Source: Malacoraja senta
Lineage: Eukaryota
Reading direction: 5' to 3'
Assembly: GCA_038087875.1 (NCBI GenBank)
Contig: CM075992.1
Span: 5,766,001 to 5,830,000, forward strand
DNA length: 64,000 nt
Made by a program: the position numbers and the translations under genes
Shown here: one piece after another, positions 51,067-64,000 of the stretch
Layout of the letters: every line of letters begins with the position of its first letter
How positions within the stretch are numbered: the first letter of the stretch is position 1
Notes under the pieces: generated by a model
What the model was told of the DNA's origin: nothing
The model's input: only the letters and a program-made list of their open reading frames with translations
The model's database searches: none

Positions 51067-53122
51067 ATATGTTTTGCGATGTACTCCAACGTGTTGAGTG
51101 AGGTCAATTAACTATTTGTTAGGCTATGGGAAGAGTGTATGGAATGGAACCAGTAGGAATGTTCTATCATCAGGAGCTGGTGACTTGATCAGCCAAATAG
51201 CCTTTCATGTTGTAATCATGCTGAAATTATTTTAAATATGTTGTCGACAATATTGCACTCCCAGAGACAAACACCTAAAGCAGATCCACTCTGATGCACA
51301 CTGAGACTTAGGCTTAGGATGTTAAAACCAAGCCCACTCAGATGGACATAGAAGCTCATGGCAGAATTCAAAGGGGTGTAGTACTCTCATGGAACTCATT
51401 CATCCACAAACCGACATAAAAAGGACAGACTAACCAGTCTTTACACCATTTACGAGGCTCTGCGCTGATTGGCTGCTGCGTACAAAAACATAAATCAACT
51501 CCAAAATTGACGACCTGTGAAGGCTTTCAATTTTGTATCCAAGGACCTGCATGAATTAACATTCATTGCTCAAATAATTGGATACTCAATTTTTATTAGA
51601 TATTTGGGGGACTGATTGACAAGGAAATAATTGAGATATTAAATTTTAATTAGTCTCAACTTATAAATGTTCGTCAAAGATTGGGTACTGAAACGAAGCA
51701 TCGTTCATCTATATTATTAACAACCTTTACAAAGATCAGTTAATTGCTAGGCAAGTCAAAATTATACAAGAAATCTATATATTCAAAATAATTTAAAATG
51801 TCAGGACTGAGCTGTTCACTATTTGGCTTTTCTTCCAAAATTGCTGGTTTGTCAAGTCAGCCAACATGTTTTCTAAGACTTGGCAAATGTATCAGTTTAC
51901 TTGATTTATGTCAGTGATCCAAACAGGCTATTACTCGAGTGTTTACTTTTGCCTGGCCCAAGTTGGAAAGGATCCAATTGGCACATTAGTATCAGGTACC
52001 ACAACTGACAAGTGGATCGGTTAATGAAATCTAATAACTATTTTGGTGGAAGCCTGAATCGCATAATATAACATGGTAATTATCATCTGAATTATCAGCA
52101 TGAATTCTACCACCGTTAAACTCTGCCCTCTCACAAATGCCCATTTCTTATTTCTTACACATGTCTATTTTTCTGTCTTTATTGGAAGGAAATTAACCAG
52201 GATTTGGCTTGCCAATTTGTCCTTCTCGCCTTGTGTAATTCAAGAACAATTTGCACGAGAAAATTAAATATGAAAATAATTCTCTTTTAAACTTAAAGCA
52301 CATCAGTACATCGCTGAAGCTGCTTTTTGACGTCTGAGCTAAATATTTGCTTTGTGAATACTTGAAAATGAGTCAAAGAAAACCTAATGCCATTGCAGGA
52401 AACCTTCATTCAACTGCTTCCAATGCAATAACATCACTTTAATTGGAGACCAATATTACCCACAGTACTCCATGTAGGGTTACACCAGTGCCCTCCAGAA
52501 TTGAAGCATAAACCCTCCTACATTTGCTAACTTTCCTAATGATTTGTTCATCCTATATTATATCCTTTTAGAAATTTTCCATTAGGTTTTCCAGATTACA
52601 TTGCATCTCAGACCTCTGCAATATCTCATCATTTGGATAACATGCTCCATCCTTTTCCCTTCCAAAGTGGACAATTTCATATTTTTCATTTATCTCATTC
52701 AGACAATTATCAATTTAGAAAATCCCCAGAGACTTATTTGCCACCTGTACAAAAATTGTGCATTACTCTTTCATTTGCCAGATCTTTGCTCACTTGTTCA
52801 ATCCATCATTAATGATGGATTCTTCCCTTTATGCGTACTTTCAATACCTACTTTTCAGCAAATTACCTTTTATGTCTTCAGGTCATTTATGTAAACTGTG
52901 AAGCCCCACTACCACTCTGTGGCACACCACTCATGTCAGCTTGCCAACCAGAAAAAAACCCCCGAAATAAACAAAAATTGCATTACATTCCCTGATGCCA
53001 TTTTATATTATACACAACTGTCGCTCAAGCAAAAGCTATAGTTTTAATATCGGAATTATGCCAGAAGCAGATACACGTATGAATGTTAAACATAGCTTTA
53101 ATTATAACAATTAATATTTTAG

Positions 53123-53727
53123 TGTGTAGGAAGGAACAGCAGACGCTAGTTTAAATCGAAGATAGACATAAAATGCTGTAGTAACTCAGTGGGACAGGCA
53201 GCATCGCTGGAGAGAAGGAATGGGTGATGTTTTGGGTCGAGACCCTTCTTCAGAGGAGTGGAAGGTACATAGATAAGGAAGTGTATAGATGGGGAAGTGC
53301 AAGTTGTGAAAACAGGACAAAGGGAATAGAGATCAAGGAAAATCAAGGAAATTGTTCGTTGGGAGAAAGTAACAACAAAGCAAACATATAAAATGTAGTT
53401 GAACAACTGGGAAGGAGGAGGGGATGGAGAGAGTGAAAGCAAGGGTTACTTGAAGTTAGATAAGTCAATATTCATGGGGTGTAAGCTGCCCAAGCGAAAC
53501 ACGAGGTGCTGTTCCTGCAATTTGCACAGGGCCTCACCCGGACAATGGAGGAGGCCCAGGACAAAAAGGTCAGTGCGGGAATGAGAGGGGGAGTTAAAGT
53601 GTTCAGCAACCGGTTAGTAAAGCAAGTGGTGGCCTGGAAAACGGAAGACATTGAAGAGACGAAGGGCGTGCAAGGTGTATTGGACTGGACCAGGGGGGAT
53701 AATAGTAAAGATGGGGTAGTGAGATAA
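53123..53727 (-). mobile_element. 5'-truncated Penelope-like element (decayed GIY-YIG tail plus pseudo-LTR)
   Basis: EQHLVFRLGSLHP-type remnant ~53470-53580; TSD AATTAATATTTTAG at 53109-53122 and 53728-53741. Confidence 0.82.
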
Positions 53728-56712
53728 AATTAATATTTTAGCTCAGTTGATTGCAGCAAAATTAGGAGGTCATGATCAGGCACAATTTCAATATTTTTAT
53801 ATTCTCTTACAACCTAGAAGGAATCCATTCAACCCAGAAACTATATAAGTTCTCAGAATTCTCATCAATCAAAATCCCCATTTCCACCAAACCATACAAC
53901 CCTCTCATACACACCCATTTACACCAATGCCCCTCTCAGAACCCAGATTTACCCACCATCAACAATTGCAATTTATAGTCACTGATTAGTAAAATATCCA
54001 GCATGTCTTTGAAATAGGCGAGGAAATGGAAGTGCCCAAGGACACTCACATGGTCACAGAGAGAATGCACAAACTCCACACAGGCAGCAATGGTCAGAAT
54101 TGAACCTTTGTTGAAGCTGTGAGACAGATACACTTCTTGCTGCACCATTGTGCTAGATTGGCCATTTAATTCATCTTGCTTTATGAAAATAGCCCAATTT
54201 ACCACCAACAATACTGGTATGATATGAAGAAATTCAGAATGTCTCAAGGACTTAAAAAGGTCACGTGAAGATTAAAAATTCTCAAATTCCTCTCTTCTCT
54301 TAAAATTCAATTTGATTTAAAATGACAAACCTGGATTGTATGATGTGTAAGCAAAGAGCAGATAAAGGTACCACTTATACAAATAGCCCCAATATAAAAA
54401 AGACAATTTTACCAATTTAAAAAACCCCCAAAATGACTTCTGTGCCACATGTACACAAATCAATCAAAAAAAAAATCAATGATTTTTCCACGTCTCCCTA
54501 ATCATTACACCAAGTTATTCCTCTCTCTTTCAGCATAATAAAGCAACTATTTCCAAAGGGTTTACTCATTTCTGAATGTACACTCTCATTCCAATGTACC
54601 CACTGGAAATACAACAACCATTTCTACCTCCTCTCTCCCACCAACCAAGGTCTCCAACACACTTTCACAAGTTAAGAGAATAATTAACCGATACATAAAA
54701 ACAAAGTGCAGGAGTAACTCAGCAGGTCAGGCAGCATCTCTGGATAACATGAATAGGTGACGTATCGGGTTGGTAGCTCATGGGAAGTATTTAAAGTGGA
54801 GCTGGATAAATATTGGAAAAATCAAGGAATGGAGGGGTATGGAAAATGGCAAACAGGAGGGGCCGATGTCAGCATAGATTAGCCATGATGATATTAAGTG
54901 ATGGTACAAGCGTGGAGGCCTATTTTCTTGCATGTTAACATCCTCGAGCCCTAACCACCAAATACTCTGCTCTTGGCCTCATATGAAACGCTTTCCAAGT
55001 ACAAGGAGTGGCCCATTTTTCCAAATCAGAGCCTTCCAGATTCATTACTCGAGTTCAATTATTTCAGATCATAAACAATTTTGATAAGGGTGTTAGGGGT
55101 TATGGGGAGATAGCAGGAGAATGGGGTTGAGAGGGAAAGGTAGATCAGCCCTGATTGAATGGCATAGTATTGATGCGCCGAATGGCCTAATTCTGTTCCT
55201 ATAACTTATGCTTATGAATTTCAGCAACTGTGTTATGCTCTTTTGCCATTTCAAATATTGTGCTTCCTTTACATACCTATTCACACAACCTTTTTCTTTT
55301 GAATTTACACTAACTCATTTGTATCCTTGTCTTTTAATCTCTTATAAATCCATCCCAACAGAGCTTCCTTATGTTCTCTCCTCCCCTTGTAATGAAGTAT
55401 TCAACTTTTTTCAGTTCTGAAAGGTTTATCAATGATCTAAAATGTTAACCATTTCTCTCCTCCTTCCCGACTGGGTACTTGTTGAATTTTTTCTCCTGAA
55501 TTCATAGCAAAGAATTAACAAAGCTAGACCTTTCACACCCATAAACTATGTTTCAGGCACAAGAAAAATAACTTCTCATTAGTCAGCAATTAAAAATAAA
55601 TTTAAAAAAAACAGCTGCTGAAAGGTTTAAAAAAATAGATATTCTGAAGAAATGTCATCAACATGAAACATCCCCTTTCCATAAATGCTGTCTGACCACA
55701 GAATATTTCCAGCATTTTCTAATCTCATTTTTGAAAAACCCTCATGATTTGAAGTCCAAATATTTGATGCCAAATTACTTTAAGCGAGCTCATCCAATTT
55801 GTTTTAAGATCTTTCAGTGAATAGCAGCACTTGAGCAAAGGGATAGTCGAAGGAACAGCCATCCTCTGTTCGGCTGGCACAGCGTCCACTGAAACCAAAC
55901 TGGAACAAGCATCTTTGCACAACTGGCAACTAAGGTTCAAATAAGATCAATGAGAGAAAACACACAGGAAATAAAATAACGTGGGCACTAAAAGACTGCA
56001 AGAGGTATAGAATAACCTCAAAGTGCATCTGTTAACATGAGGGGAAAATCATTTAAATCATGCTCAAAATGAATGCATGCAGCCATCAACAAAATGGATA
56101 AATGAACAGCGATATGTAGAGGTGAGTGGATTTGATACAATGGTCATTAGAAACATAACCAAAATTGTGACTGAAATGGAGAACAAAATATTACAGGGTA
56201 TTTAGCTTGAATAAAATAGAAAAGGATGCAGGACAGTCCTAATAACAAAGTATAAAAAGGCAGTTTCCAATCACCTTATTTATTATGATAAATGGAGGAC
56301 CAAAAGTTGAATCGTGTGCCCTATCGACAAATTGAAAATTATGGGCCAATGACCTCTTTTTAACACAGCACCTAACATTATCTAGTTGCTGTTTTCTGAC
56401 AATTGCAATATAGAAAATGGCAGAAGCCAGTCCGCATTTTTGGCTGCTCTGCCCCATGGAAAGGCACTTCCCTACAAACCAGGAACTGGGAAGACGAGGA
56501 AATTAAAGGCAAACAGGGCAGGAATACCCCAAAGTGATCGTGATAAAGCTATGAGGAAGAATACAAAGGGAATATGACCCAAAACAAAATTAGCTTGAAT
56601 TTAGTAACTTCCTCAACTTATATTACAATATTAGTGACCCGGTCAGTTTACATTTCATCCACTGCTTGAAATATAAACTGACTGGGTCACTAGAAAGGAA
56701 AGTACAACTTAC

Positions 56713-56991
56713 AGGTAGGTTTAATTTCGAAGCATCCACAGGCTGTTGGAAAGGCCAAGCAAACTGGTGTTTCCATATTGTCTTCAGGAGCGCTTTTGAC
56801 AGAAACTGGAGCTGGTTTGTCAGCCGTTTGGATCGGTTGGGATTGGATGTTTCAGGAGGGGAAGGATTACCAGCAATGCTTTGTTGGGGTTGAGCTTGTG
56901 ACTGTGTTGAAGACATCTGTGTGCTTTCTAGGCCATCCCCCATCGCTGGTAGTTTTCTTAGTCTCTTCCCTGGGCCACTCTCACTCGACAT
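56713..56991 (-). CDS. BRD4: BRD4 exon 2 coding part (start codon, N-terminus, start of BD1 with WPF shelf); exon begins at 57025 with 34 nt of 5' UTR
   Basis: [10 protein letters not shown]...[21 protein letters not shown], 93 codons, then GTAAGT; acceptor ttcttgttacag ending at 57026. Confidence 0.97.
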
Positions 56992-57005
56992 ACCATTGAT
57001 CCCAT
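56958..57005 (-). promoter_or_regulatory. Out-of-frame uORF overlapping the BRD4 start codon ([15 protein letters not shown])
   Basis: ACAATGG at -14 and TCAATGG at -5, in frame with each other; TAA falls within BRD4 codons 11-12. Confidence 0.7.
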
Positions 57006-57199
57006 TGTAGACCTCACCTGGTAGCCTGTAACAAGAACAATGGAGTTAGCAACGTGAAACTCCACATCGCATCTTGTATATTTAATTTCCAATGCAATAT
57101 TTTAAAGTACCCCATGCAATTTTGTTGTTTTATTACTGTTAATCCCAGAAAGGAACAGCAGGACTGTTTAAAAAGTGTGCATCAGGTGAGGAGCTGTTC

Positions 57200-59280
57200 A
57201 TCTTGTAGCAAGGCCCAGCAGCAAATGAAAGGAAATAAAGATGCAGTGGAGTGACCATTTTGCAAAGGGGCCGTGTTGAGGGTCGAAGTGCTGCTGAAGA
57301 GGGAAAAGACCAGGTTTTTGGTGCAATCAACACAAGTGAGCAACAACAAGTCAAGGAAGAATTTTTCCTTTTCCTCGAGTTAATTAAAAGGGCAGTTATG
57401 CCAATCAGTAAAGTGGTATACATCTCCTGTGAGATATAGGAGATCGGGGGAAGTGTAGTATCCATGATGACTACGTCTCCAGAGAGTGTGTCCAACTGCA
57501 GCTCCTCTCCGAATACATGGGCATGTTGAAAAACATGTAGAAAACAGAGGGTGTAATAGAAAGGAACTTCAGGGAGGTGGTCACACAAATGTTCAGTCAG
57601 ACAGTGGTGACCACCAGGTACAGGAATTTAGTGTGGCTGTTCCCCTTTCAAACAAGTATACCGCTCGGATGCTGTTGGGAGAGAGGCCCCTAGGCAGAGA
57701 ACAATAGTGGCAGCGAGATGGGTGGCACATCTTGGTCTGATGCACAGCAAGGGAGGGCTGAGACTAGGAGTGATAGGAGACTAGTTAGGTGAACAGACTA
57801 GTGGCCTCAAACAAGACTCCTGGATACCAGAGTCAAGGATGTCTCCATGGTTACATAGGGAGGGAGGGTAAGTAACCAGGTTATAACACAGGTAGAAAAA
57901 AAAAGAATGATGTCCTGTGGAGAAAATTTAGGAAATAAGGAAGAAGGTTTAAAGCAGAACCTCAAAGGTTGAGTGCCTCCTCGGTGTGTGAAAGTTATTG
58001 GTGGGAATTTTGAGAGACAGAAGTCTATCTCAAATGTAAAGGAAAGAACTGATCAGCAATAGTCAGCATGGCTTTGTATTTGGGAAATGATCTCTCATGA
58101 ATTTGAGGGTTTATTTTTTTTTAAAGAGGTGACTAACGGGATTGACGAGAGTAGGGTGATATTCATAGTCTAGACTTTAGTAAAGCCTAACAACGTTACA
58201 CATTTTAGGCTGGTCTGGAAATTCAATCACAGGTCAAGAGCGAGCTAGCCAATTGTATACAATGTAGAAACAAATATTGGTTTACTGGAAACAATTTTGG
58301 TTTGAAGGTGGAAGATAGAATGGCCATTGAGGGATGTTTTTCATTCTGGGGGCCTGCAACAAGTGGTGTGCGAGGGGTTGGTGTTAGGTCTGCTGGAATT
58401 CATTATAAGCAATTTGGATGAGAATGTAATTGACCTGTTTAATAAGTTTGTGGTTTGAACTATGTACCCCAAGATCTTTGCCCACATTAATGAAGGCAAG
58501 GGTGCCAAATGCCCATTTCACCCTGACTACCTGTGTCACAACGTTCAGGGAACGATGTACTTGTACCGCAAGGTCTCTCTCACTTGTCAGAGTTAAATTC
58601 CATTTGCTAATCCTTGGCCCACTTTCCCAGTTATTCTACATCATGTTTCAATCTTTGACAACATGTATATAGTTCCCTGAAGGTAGCAACACAGAAAGAG
58701 TGAAGGGGGCATTTGGCACCCTGTCTTCAGCGTGGGCATCGAGTACAGGAATTCACAAATCACGCTACAACTGTACAGGATGTTGATGAGACTGCACTTC
58801 AAATATTATGTGCAGTTTTGGTCACTTAGCTACTGGAAGGATGTCATAAAGCTTGAAAGAGTTCAGAAAAAAAAGTCAAAGATGTTACTGGACTGGATGG
58901 CTTGCATTCTCAGGAGAGAACAAATTGACCAGGGCTTTTTTCCCTGGAGCATAAGTGACTGAGAGTTGACCATTCACGAGGGGGGAGGCTAGATAAGGTG
59001 AATGCTATTTCCTTCCCTAGGTAGAGTAATCTACAACTGGAGGGCACAGATTTAAGGCGAGAGATTTAAAGGTGACCTGAGGGGCAACCTTATCCGTACA
59101 TGGAATGAGATGCCAGAGGAAGCAGTAGAAGCAGGGATAATTACAATGATTAAAAGACATGTACATAAATAGAAGTTTAGAGGGATAAGAGGCTAAATGC
59201 AAGCAAATGGAACAAGCTTACTTAGGCAACTTGGTTGGCAGGGGCGAGTTGGGCTGAAGGGTCTTTTTCCACTGTATAAC
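57200..59280 (+). mobile_element. Old CR1-like LINE with ORF1 and ORF2 remnants and an inverted internal segment (~58455-58670)
   Basis: VAVPLSNKY and VIGD-like ORF1 motifs; LDFSKA; LQLYRMLMRLHFKYYVQFWS...LERVQK; CR1-type tail. Confidence 0.7.
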
Positions 59281-60239
59281 TGACATTTTAAAATTGATGA
59301 TTTTTATGTCAACTTCCTTACAAGAGAAACCTTTATTTTGGAACTACATTCCTGTAGGTATTTTGAAATTTCATAATCCAAATATGTATAATGGTAGAGA
59401 GCGACTCATGTCCTTCTCCCATTTGTTTTCACTTAGTCAGCCCCTGCAGACACGATGCAAACAAACTCAGTATTTCACTAAAATGCTGCTTATATTATAG
59501 CTAAGTGTACATCATTATATACCAGCACACCACCAAGATAAGCCAAAAGTTTCTTTACGTAACCAATTCATCCAGTTGTCCAGATTGTCACATTGGATTC
59601 GGACTTTTTCTACGCCAAATGCTGAGAAAGACCCAAAATAAAAAGGTCTTCAACTCCATAAAACTTGCTTTTATTTGATTATATTTAAGGATAAAAATAT
59701 CTAAATTTAAGATGGTTCTTTATGAAGCTATGCACACAAATCAATTGATAAACTTGAAGACCACAATGATTTATCTGAAGAAATTAGAAATTTCCCAATG
59801 ATCATCCAAATGCCATAAAGTACTGTAAACCATATTCAATTCTGCACTACTAAATAAGTTGTATAATAAACCAAAAAAGTCATACTGGAGTGTATTCAAA
59901 ATAATTAGACTGATCATGCTGTGGTTCTTCACAATAATAATGCAAACAATTCATAAATTATTACTATTATGGCGTGGATTCCCAATATCACTGACTATAT
60001 TTTGGACTTGCACTGGTCCTTTTACAAATTCATACTGATGCAACACATTAGTAGGCAAATTAGAGAATTAGCTCTCTAACACAACATTAGGCACAATTCT
60101 GACACTCCTTAGGCTGTCAGGTAATATGGGGGATGTGGAGAAGCGATGTGGGCAATAATTCAATTTAACTGTACAATTATTACAATTGGCATTTGCATTT
60201 ACAAAGCACCTTTAAAATAGTTCCAGCTTTAACAAGAAA

Positions 60240-60632
60240 TCACGAGATCACATTCCCATTTTCATTGGTGGATAGGTAGAGAAGGGAGTTAGCAACTTCA
60301 AATTCCTGGGCTTAAAACTTCAGATTACTTTTGTCCTGGGCCCAGCATAAGATGTAATCAATAAAGAAGGAACATTATCTCAGAAGTAAAAAAGGATGCA
60401 GTATGTCAATGAAAAGTCCAAGAAACTTCTGCAGATCCTGACTGATTGCATCATAGCCCCGGGACAGCAATTTCAAAGCAGGAGGAACGCAAGAGCCTAC
60501 AGAGAGTGGTGAACTCAGCCTGGTCCATCGGGGGAAGCGCCCTTTTGACCATCAAAAACATCTATATGGGACACTACCTCAAGGCAGCAAAATCTATCCA
60601 GGATTCCCACCATTCAGGCCATGCCCTCTTTT
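60240..60632 (+). mobile_element. Decayed Rex1/Babar-like LINE fragment
   Basis: ERKSLQRVVNSAWSIGG...DSHHSGHALF, similar to 16550-16760 and 35600-35760. Confidence 0.6.
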
Positions 60633-61904
60633 TTCATTGGACCTGTACCTCACCATACTTAAGCACTTGGCAATAAATGTTATTTAGCTTAAAGAGAAAC
60701 TTTCAGCAATGAACACAGCACTGTAGTAGTTCAGGGCATCAGTACAGCATTACCTTCTTCTGATCAATTACAGATGAGTAAAAGTACTAGCTCGCACAAA
60801 TCAAAATAAATCGTGGGGGACTGCAACTTTCATACAAAAAGGTAAAAATTAAAATCAGTAGAAATAGTTTGGAAAAATGACCATGCTGAATGGGGCATCT
60901 ACTCATGCATTCAAACATGGTTAATTTTATAATTTCCTACGGGGAAATAAGTAATCACATTATGATAATTTTGCAACGGTTGACAAATGTTAAAATTAAA
61001 GCTGTAGTAACTGTGATGCCAGGTTGGCCAAGGCACCAGCAAAATTTGATTAAGATCATTACTTATAGGTAATACATAAAGAAAGATTCAATAATTCTTA
61101 CATTCCACTAGAAAATGCAAGATCCACATGAAGAGTGATTCTCTGAAGGACTGGGCTATAACAGCACAGTGATGTTCAAATCTGTTACTGCTTGAGCTGC
61201 TCACGAGGGGGAAGGTACCAAGTACATAAATTCATAGGGAAGCTGCCCATGAAGCTGAACTGAACATTTCAGAGTATTTATTGATTGGGAAGTGGTCCAT
61301 CTGGTCAGTGGTTTTAAGGTAAGAAACCATGGATTCTCTGATTCATAAGACATCTCTGATGATATCCAAGGTCTTAACAGCAAGTAGTATTGACAGTTAC
61401 TAAGGTAATAAGAGGTAGAGATCAAAAAGTAAGACAGTGAAATACCCAAGTGAAGATGTTTGCTCTGGGGGTGGGTCTATTCACGAACTGTTTGGAGCAA
61501 TGAACTCCACACTCGACTTTATCTAATTGGTTCAGTGCCAATAAATAGGAAGCTAAGGAATTGAAGTGGAAAGTGAAGGTGATATTGTAGCAAACAACTG
61601 TCCAACTGCAACAGGATGAAGATGGATGAGATGGGCCGAACCAACATAGTATCACCTTAAAGGAGATGGATAGAAGAATTGGACCAAGTGAGACTTAGGA
61701 ACATGATTTAACTCCATCCAAAACCCCCAATCAATAGCACAACAGCCAAGATCACAGAGAAAATCTAGGACAAGTAAATTACAAGACCCTAAGTGAACAA
61801 CAGGAAGCTGAGAATCTGACCAAGGTTGATCACCTCATCATTATACAGCTGCAAGTATTTGTTGGTGTTTTTAAAAAAAAAATTAAGAGATTTAATAAAA
61901 CCAA

Positions 61905-62144
61905 AGGTAAATGCAAAAAGCTGGAGTAACTCAGCGTGTCAGACAGCATCTCTGGAGAAAAGGAATAGGTGACATTTCGGGTCGAGGCCCTTCTTCAGAT
62001 TTAATAAAACCAATTACAAGAAGGGCTTCGACCCGAAACGTCACCCATTCCTTCTCTCTAGAGATGTTGTCTGTCCCACTGAGTTACTCTAGCATTTTGT
62101 GTCTCCCTTCGATTTAAACCGGCATATGCAGTTCATTCCTACAC
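61905..62144. mobile_element. Penelope-like inverted pseudo-LTR pair
   Basis: Two arms separated by a copy of flanking DNA (agatttaataaaacca at ~61888 and ~61997). Confidence 0.8.
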
Positions 62145-64000
62145 AAGTAAATTTTTCACTAGTTTGTAGCACAACTTTCATACAAATGCAAAGTCAGAAT
62201 AAAAGTTAAATCAAGTTTTGATAAGTGGGCGAAAAGTTACTGTTGAAAGTCGTCAATGTGGACTTGAGGTTACAATTAAATCGATCATAATTAAATGGAA
62301 GAGCAGGCTGAGGAATCTTTTCCTGTTCCTAATTTATATGTTGGACTGATTACACTGAAATTAGTTTCTACCATACAAAAGTGACTCAAACATTGTACAT
62401 AATTTTCATAGAGGATTGAGCAAATGTTACAAAAAACACAGGAATAAGTAGCAACTTGATGGCAGTCGCTATTGAATGCCGTGCTGAGCCTACCATCTAA
62501 TGATTTAGATGAAGGGTGGAATTTTAACAATGTTACAAAAGAGATGATAATTAAGTGGATGGTTCAAATTGTTTGCAATTGGAAAAACATTTGTTTCTCA
62601 GCTTAGAAAGACGATGTACAAGTATTGATGAAGATCATTTAACGTCTTATTTTTTTTTAAGGAAGGGATATCATCATATTGGGGTAAATAGAGAAAAGGT
62701 TGACTGGGTAGATTCCTGGATGAAGAGGTTCCGTCCGCAAACCTAGTTTGCTAGCACTGTGTGGTAGCAGCACCATCTGCCACGACATTGTGCCATTCCT
62801 TGTATTTGTCAAATGTAATTTATCACTTTAACTTCACACTTTTGAACTACTATAAAACGCACAGCATAGCTTTGGCTGTAATTTCAAATACTCTGTCCCA
62901 ATTGTTACTCAATGATGCATAAAATCTAAAGGAACGTGGGCAGGTGGGACTAGTGTAGCTGGGACATGTTGGCCGGTATGGGCAGGTTGGGCCAAATGGC
63001 CTGTTTCCACACTGTATCACTCTATGACTGAGATGCTTTCAAGAACTCGAAAGGAACGCCAACATTTGGAGACAACAATTTCACTATATACATTTGTATG
63101 ATAACTGATGAAAATAAATGTTTTTCATCAGATACCAGGTTCAACAGCTATGAGTTGTAAGATTAAGCAGCTTATAACAAATTACTAGGCAGAGATCCAG
63201 TTTAAACTCAAGTTTAAATCTGGGGAAAGTAAATGTAAAATCGGAGGTGTAATTTCATTGACCAGATTGCAAAAATAATCTTTCATACTTCAATTCTGAA
63301 ACAGCGTAGGCACAATAGTACATCAAAAAGGCATAGATTTTAACAATGGGCTATAAAATGTTTAAAAATATAAGAACCCAAGAAAAAACACAGATTGCAG
63401 CAGGCCACATTTATTGTTTCCTTATTTAAAATATGTATTTGCCAGAGAGAAAGTTTAATGAAGATTTACTGGAGTGGATGAATGGGCGGCATATGAGGAT
63501 ACATTGGATAGTTTTGAGTTTACGAGTTTAGAAAAATGAAAGAAGTTCAAAATCACACAAAATTCCTGTTGGGTTTGACAAGCCAGATGCACGGAGAATG
63601 TTTCCCTGGATGGAGGGCATCTGTTGCACGACTCTGCTGCACCCATTTTAATCAAATCAAATTTATACATTCCTGCAGATTATTGAATCAAGGATTACAC
63701 GGATGGTGTTAAAAATGGTGACGAGGTAAATAACAGCCATAATCTTGATGAATAGCGGGGCAAAAGGACATGTGGCCTAATCCTGCTCCCATTTTTATAT
63801 TAAGCTCTTTTAAAGACGAACAAAAAATAATTAAAATACATTGGTACTCCACAGGACTCCCTTGGTCTTGAAGTTCAAGAGTTTATGAACACATACTCTT
63901 CTGAAGATGTCCCTTCATGTTGCACCAGTAACCCGGCACTCCCTGTTTTATTGTGCACTGTCAGTAATCACTGGCAGTTAAGCTTTCTAGCATAGAAATC

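Overview
Vertebrate genomic DNA, most likely from a cartilaginous fish (skate/ray-like repeat landscape: tRNA-derived HE1-like SINEs, CR1-like and Rex1/Babar-like LINEs, abundant Penelope-like pseudo-LTRs). It contains most of a BRD4 (BET family) gene on the minus strand. I traced 11 coding exons by hand from the start codon (56991) through BD1, BD2, the basic region and the ET domain to the SEED exon (6981-7108), all with GT-AG boundaries and compatible phases; several are too short for the ORF track. Non-coding exon 1 and the BRD4-long C-terminal exons were not found and presumably lie outside the window. Exon numbering follows human BRD4 as I recall it. Highlights: (1) a 120-nt symmetric exon (19652-19771) encoding the ET-adjacent coiled-coil segment known from BRD2/BRD3 but absent from mammalian BRD4; (2) a short isoform apparently made by read-through of the SEED-exon donor into an immediate stop and a ~4.8 kb repeat-poor 3' UTR; (3) an out-of-frame uORF with strong Kozak context overlapping the start codon; (4) two 1-nt frameshifts near an assembly gap, probably consensus errors; (5) many Penelope-like fold-back insertions with 11-16 bp target-site duplications and minimal hammerhead-ribozyme cores; (6) a double-THAP fold-back DNA transposon and a decayed Tc1. 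Comparisons to human proteins are from memory; no searches were run.
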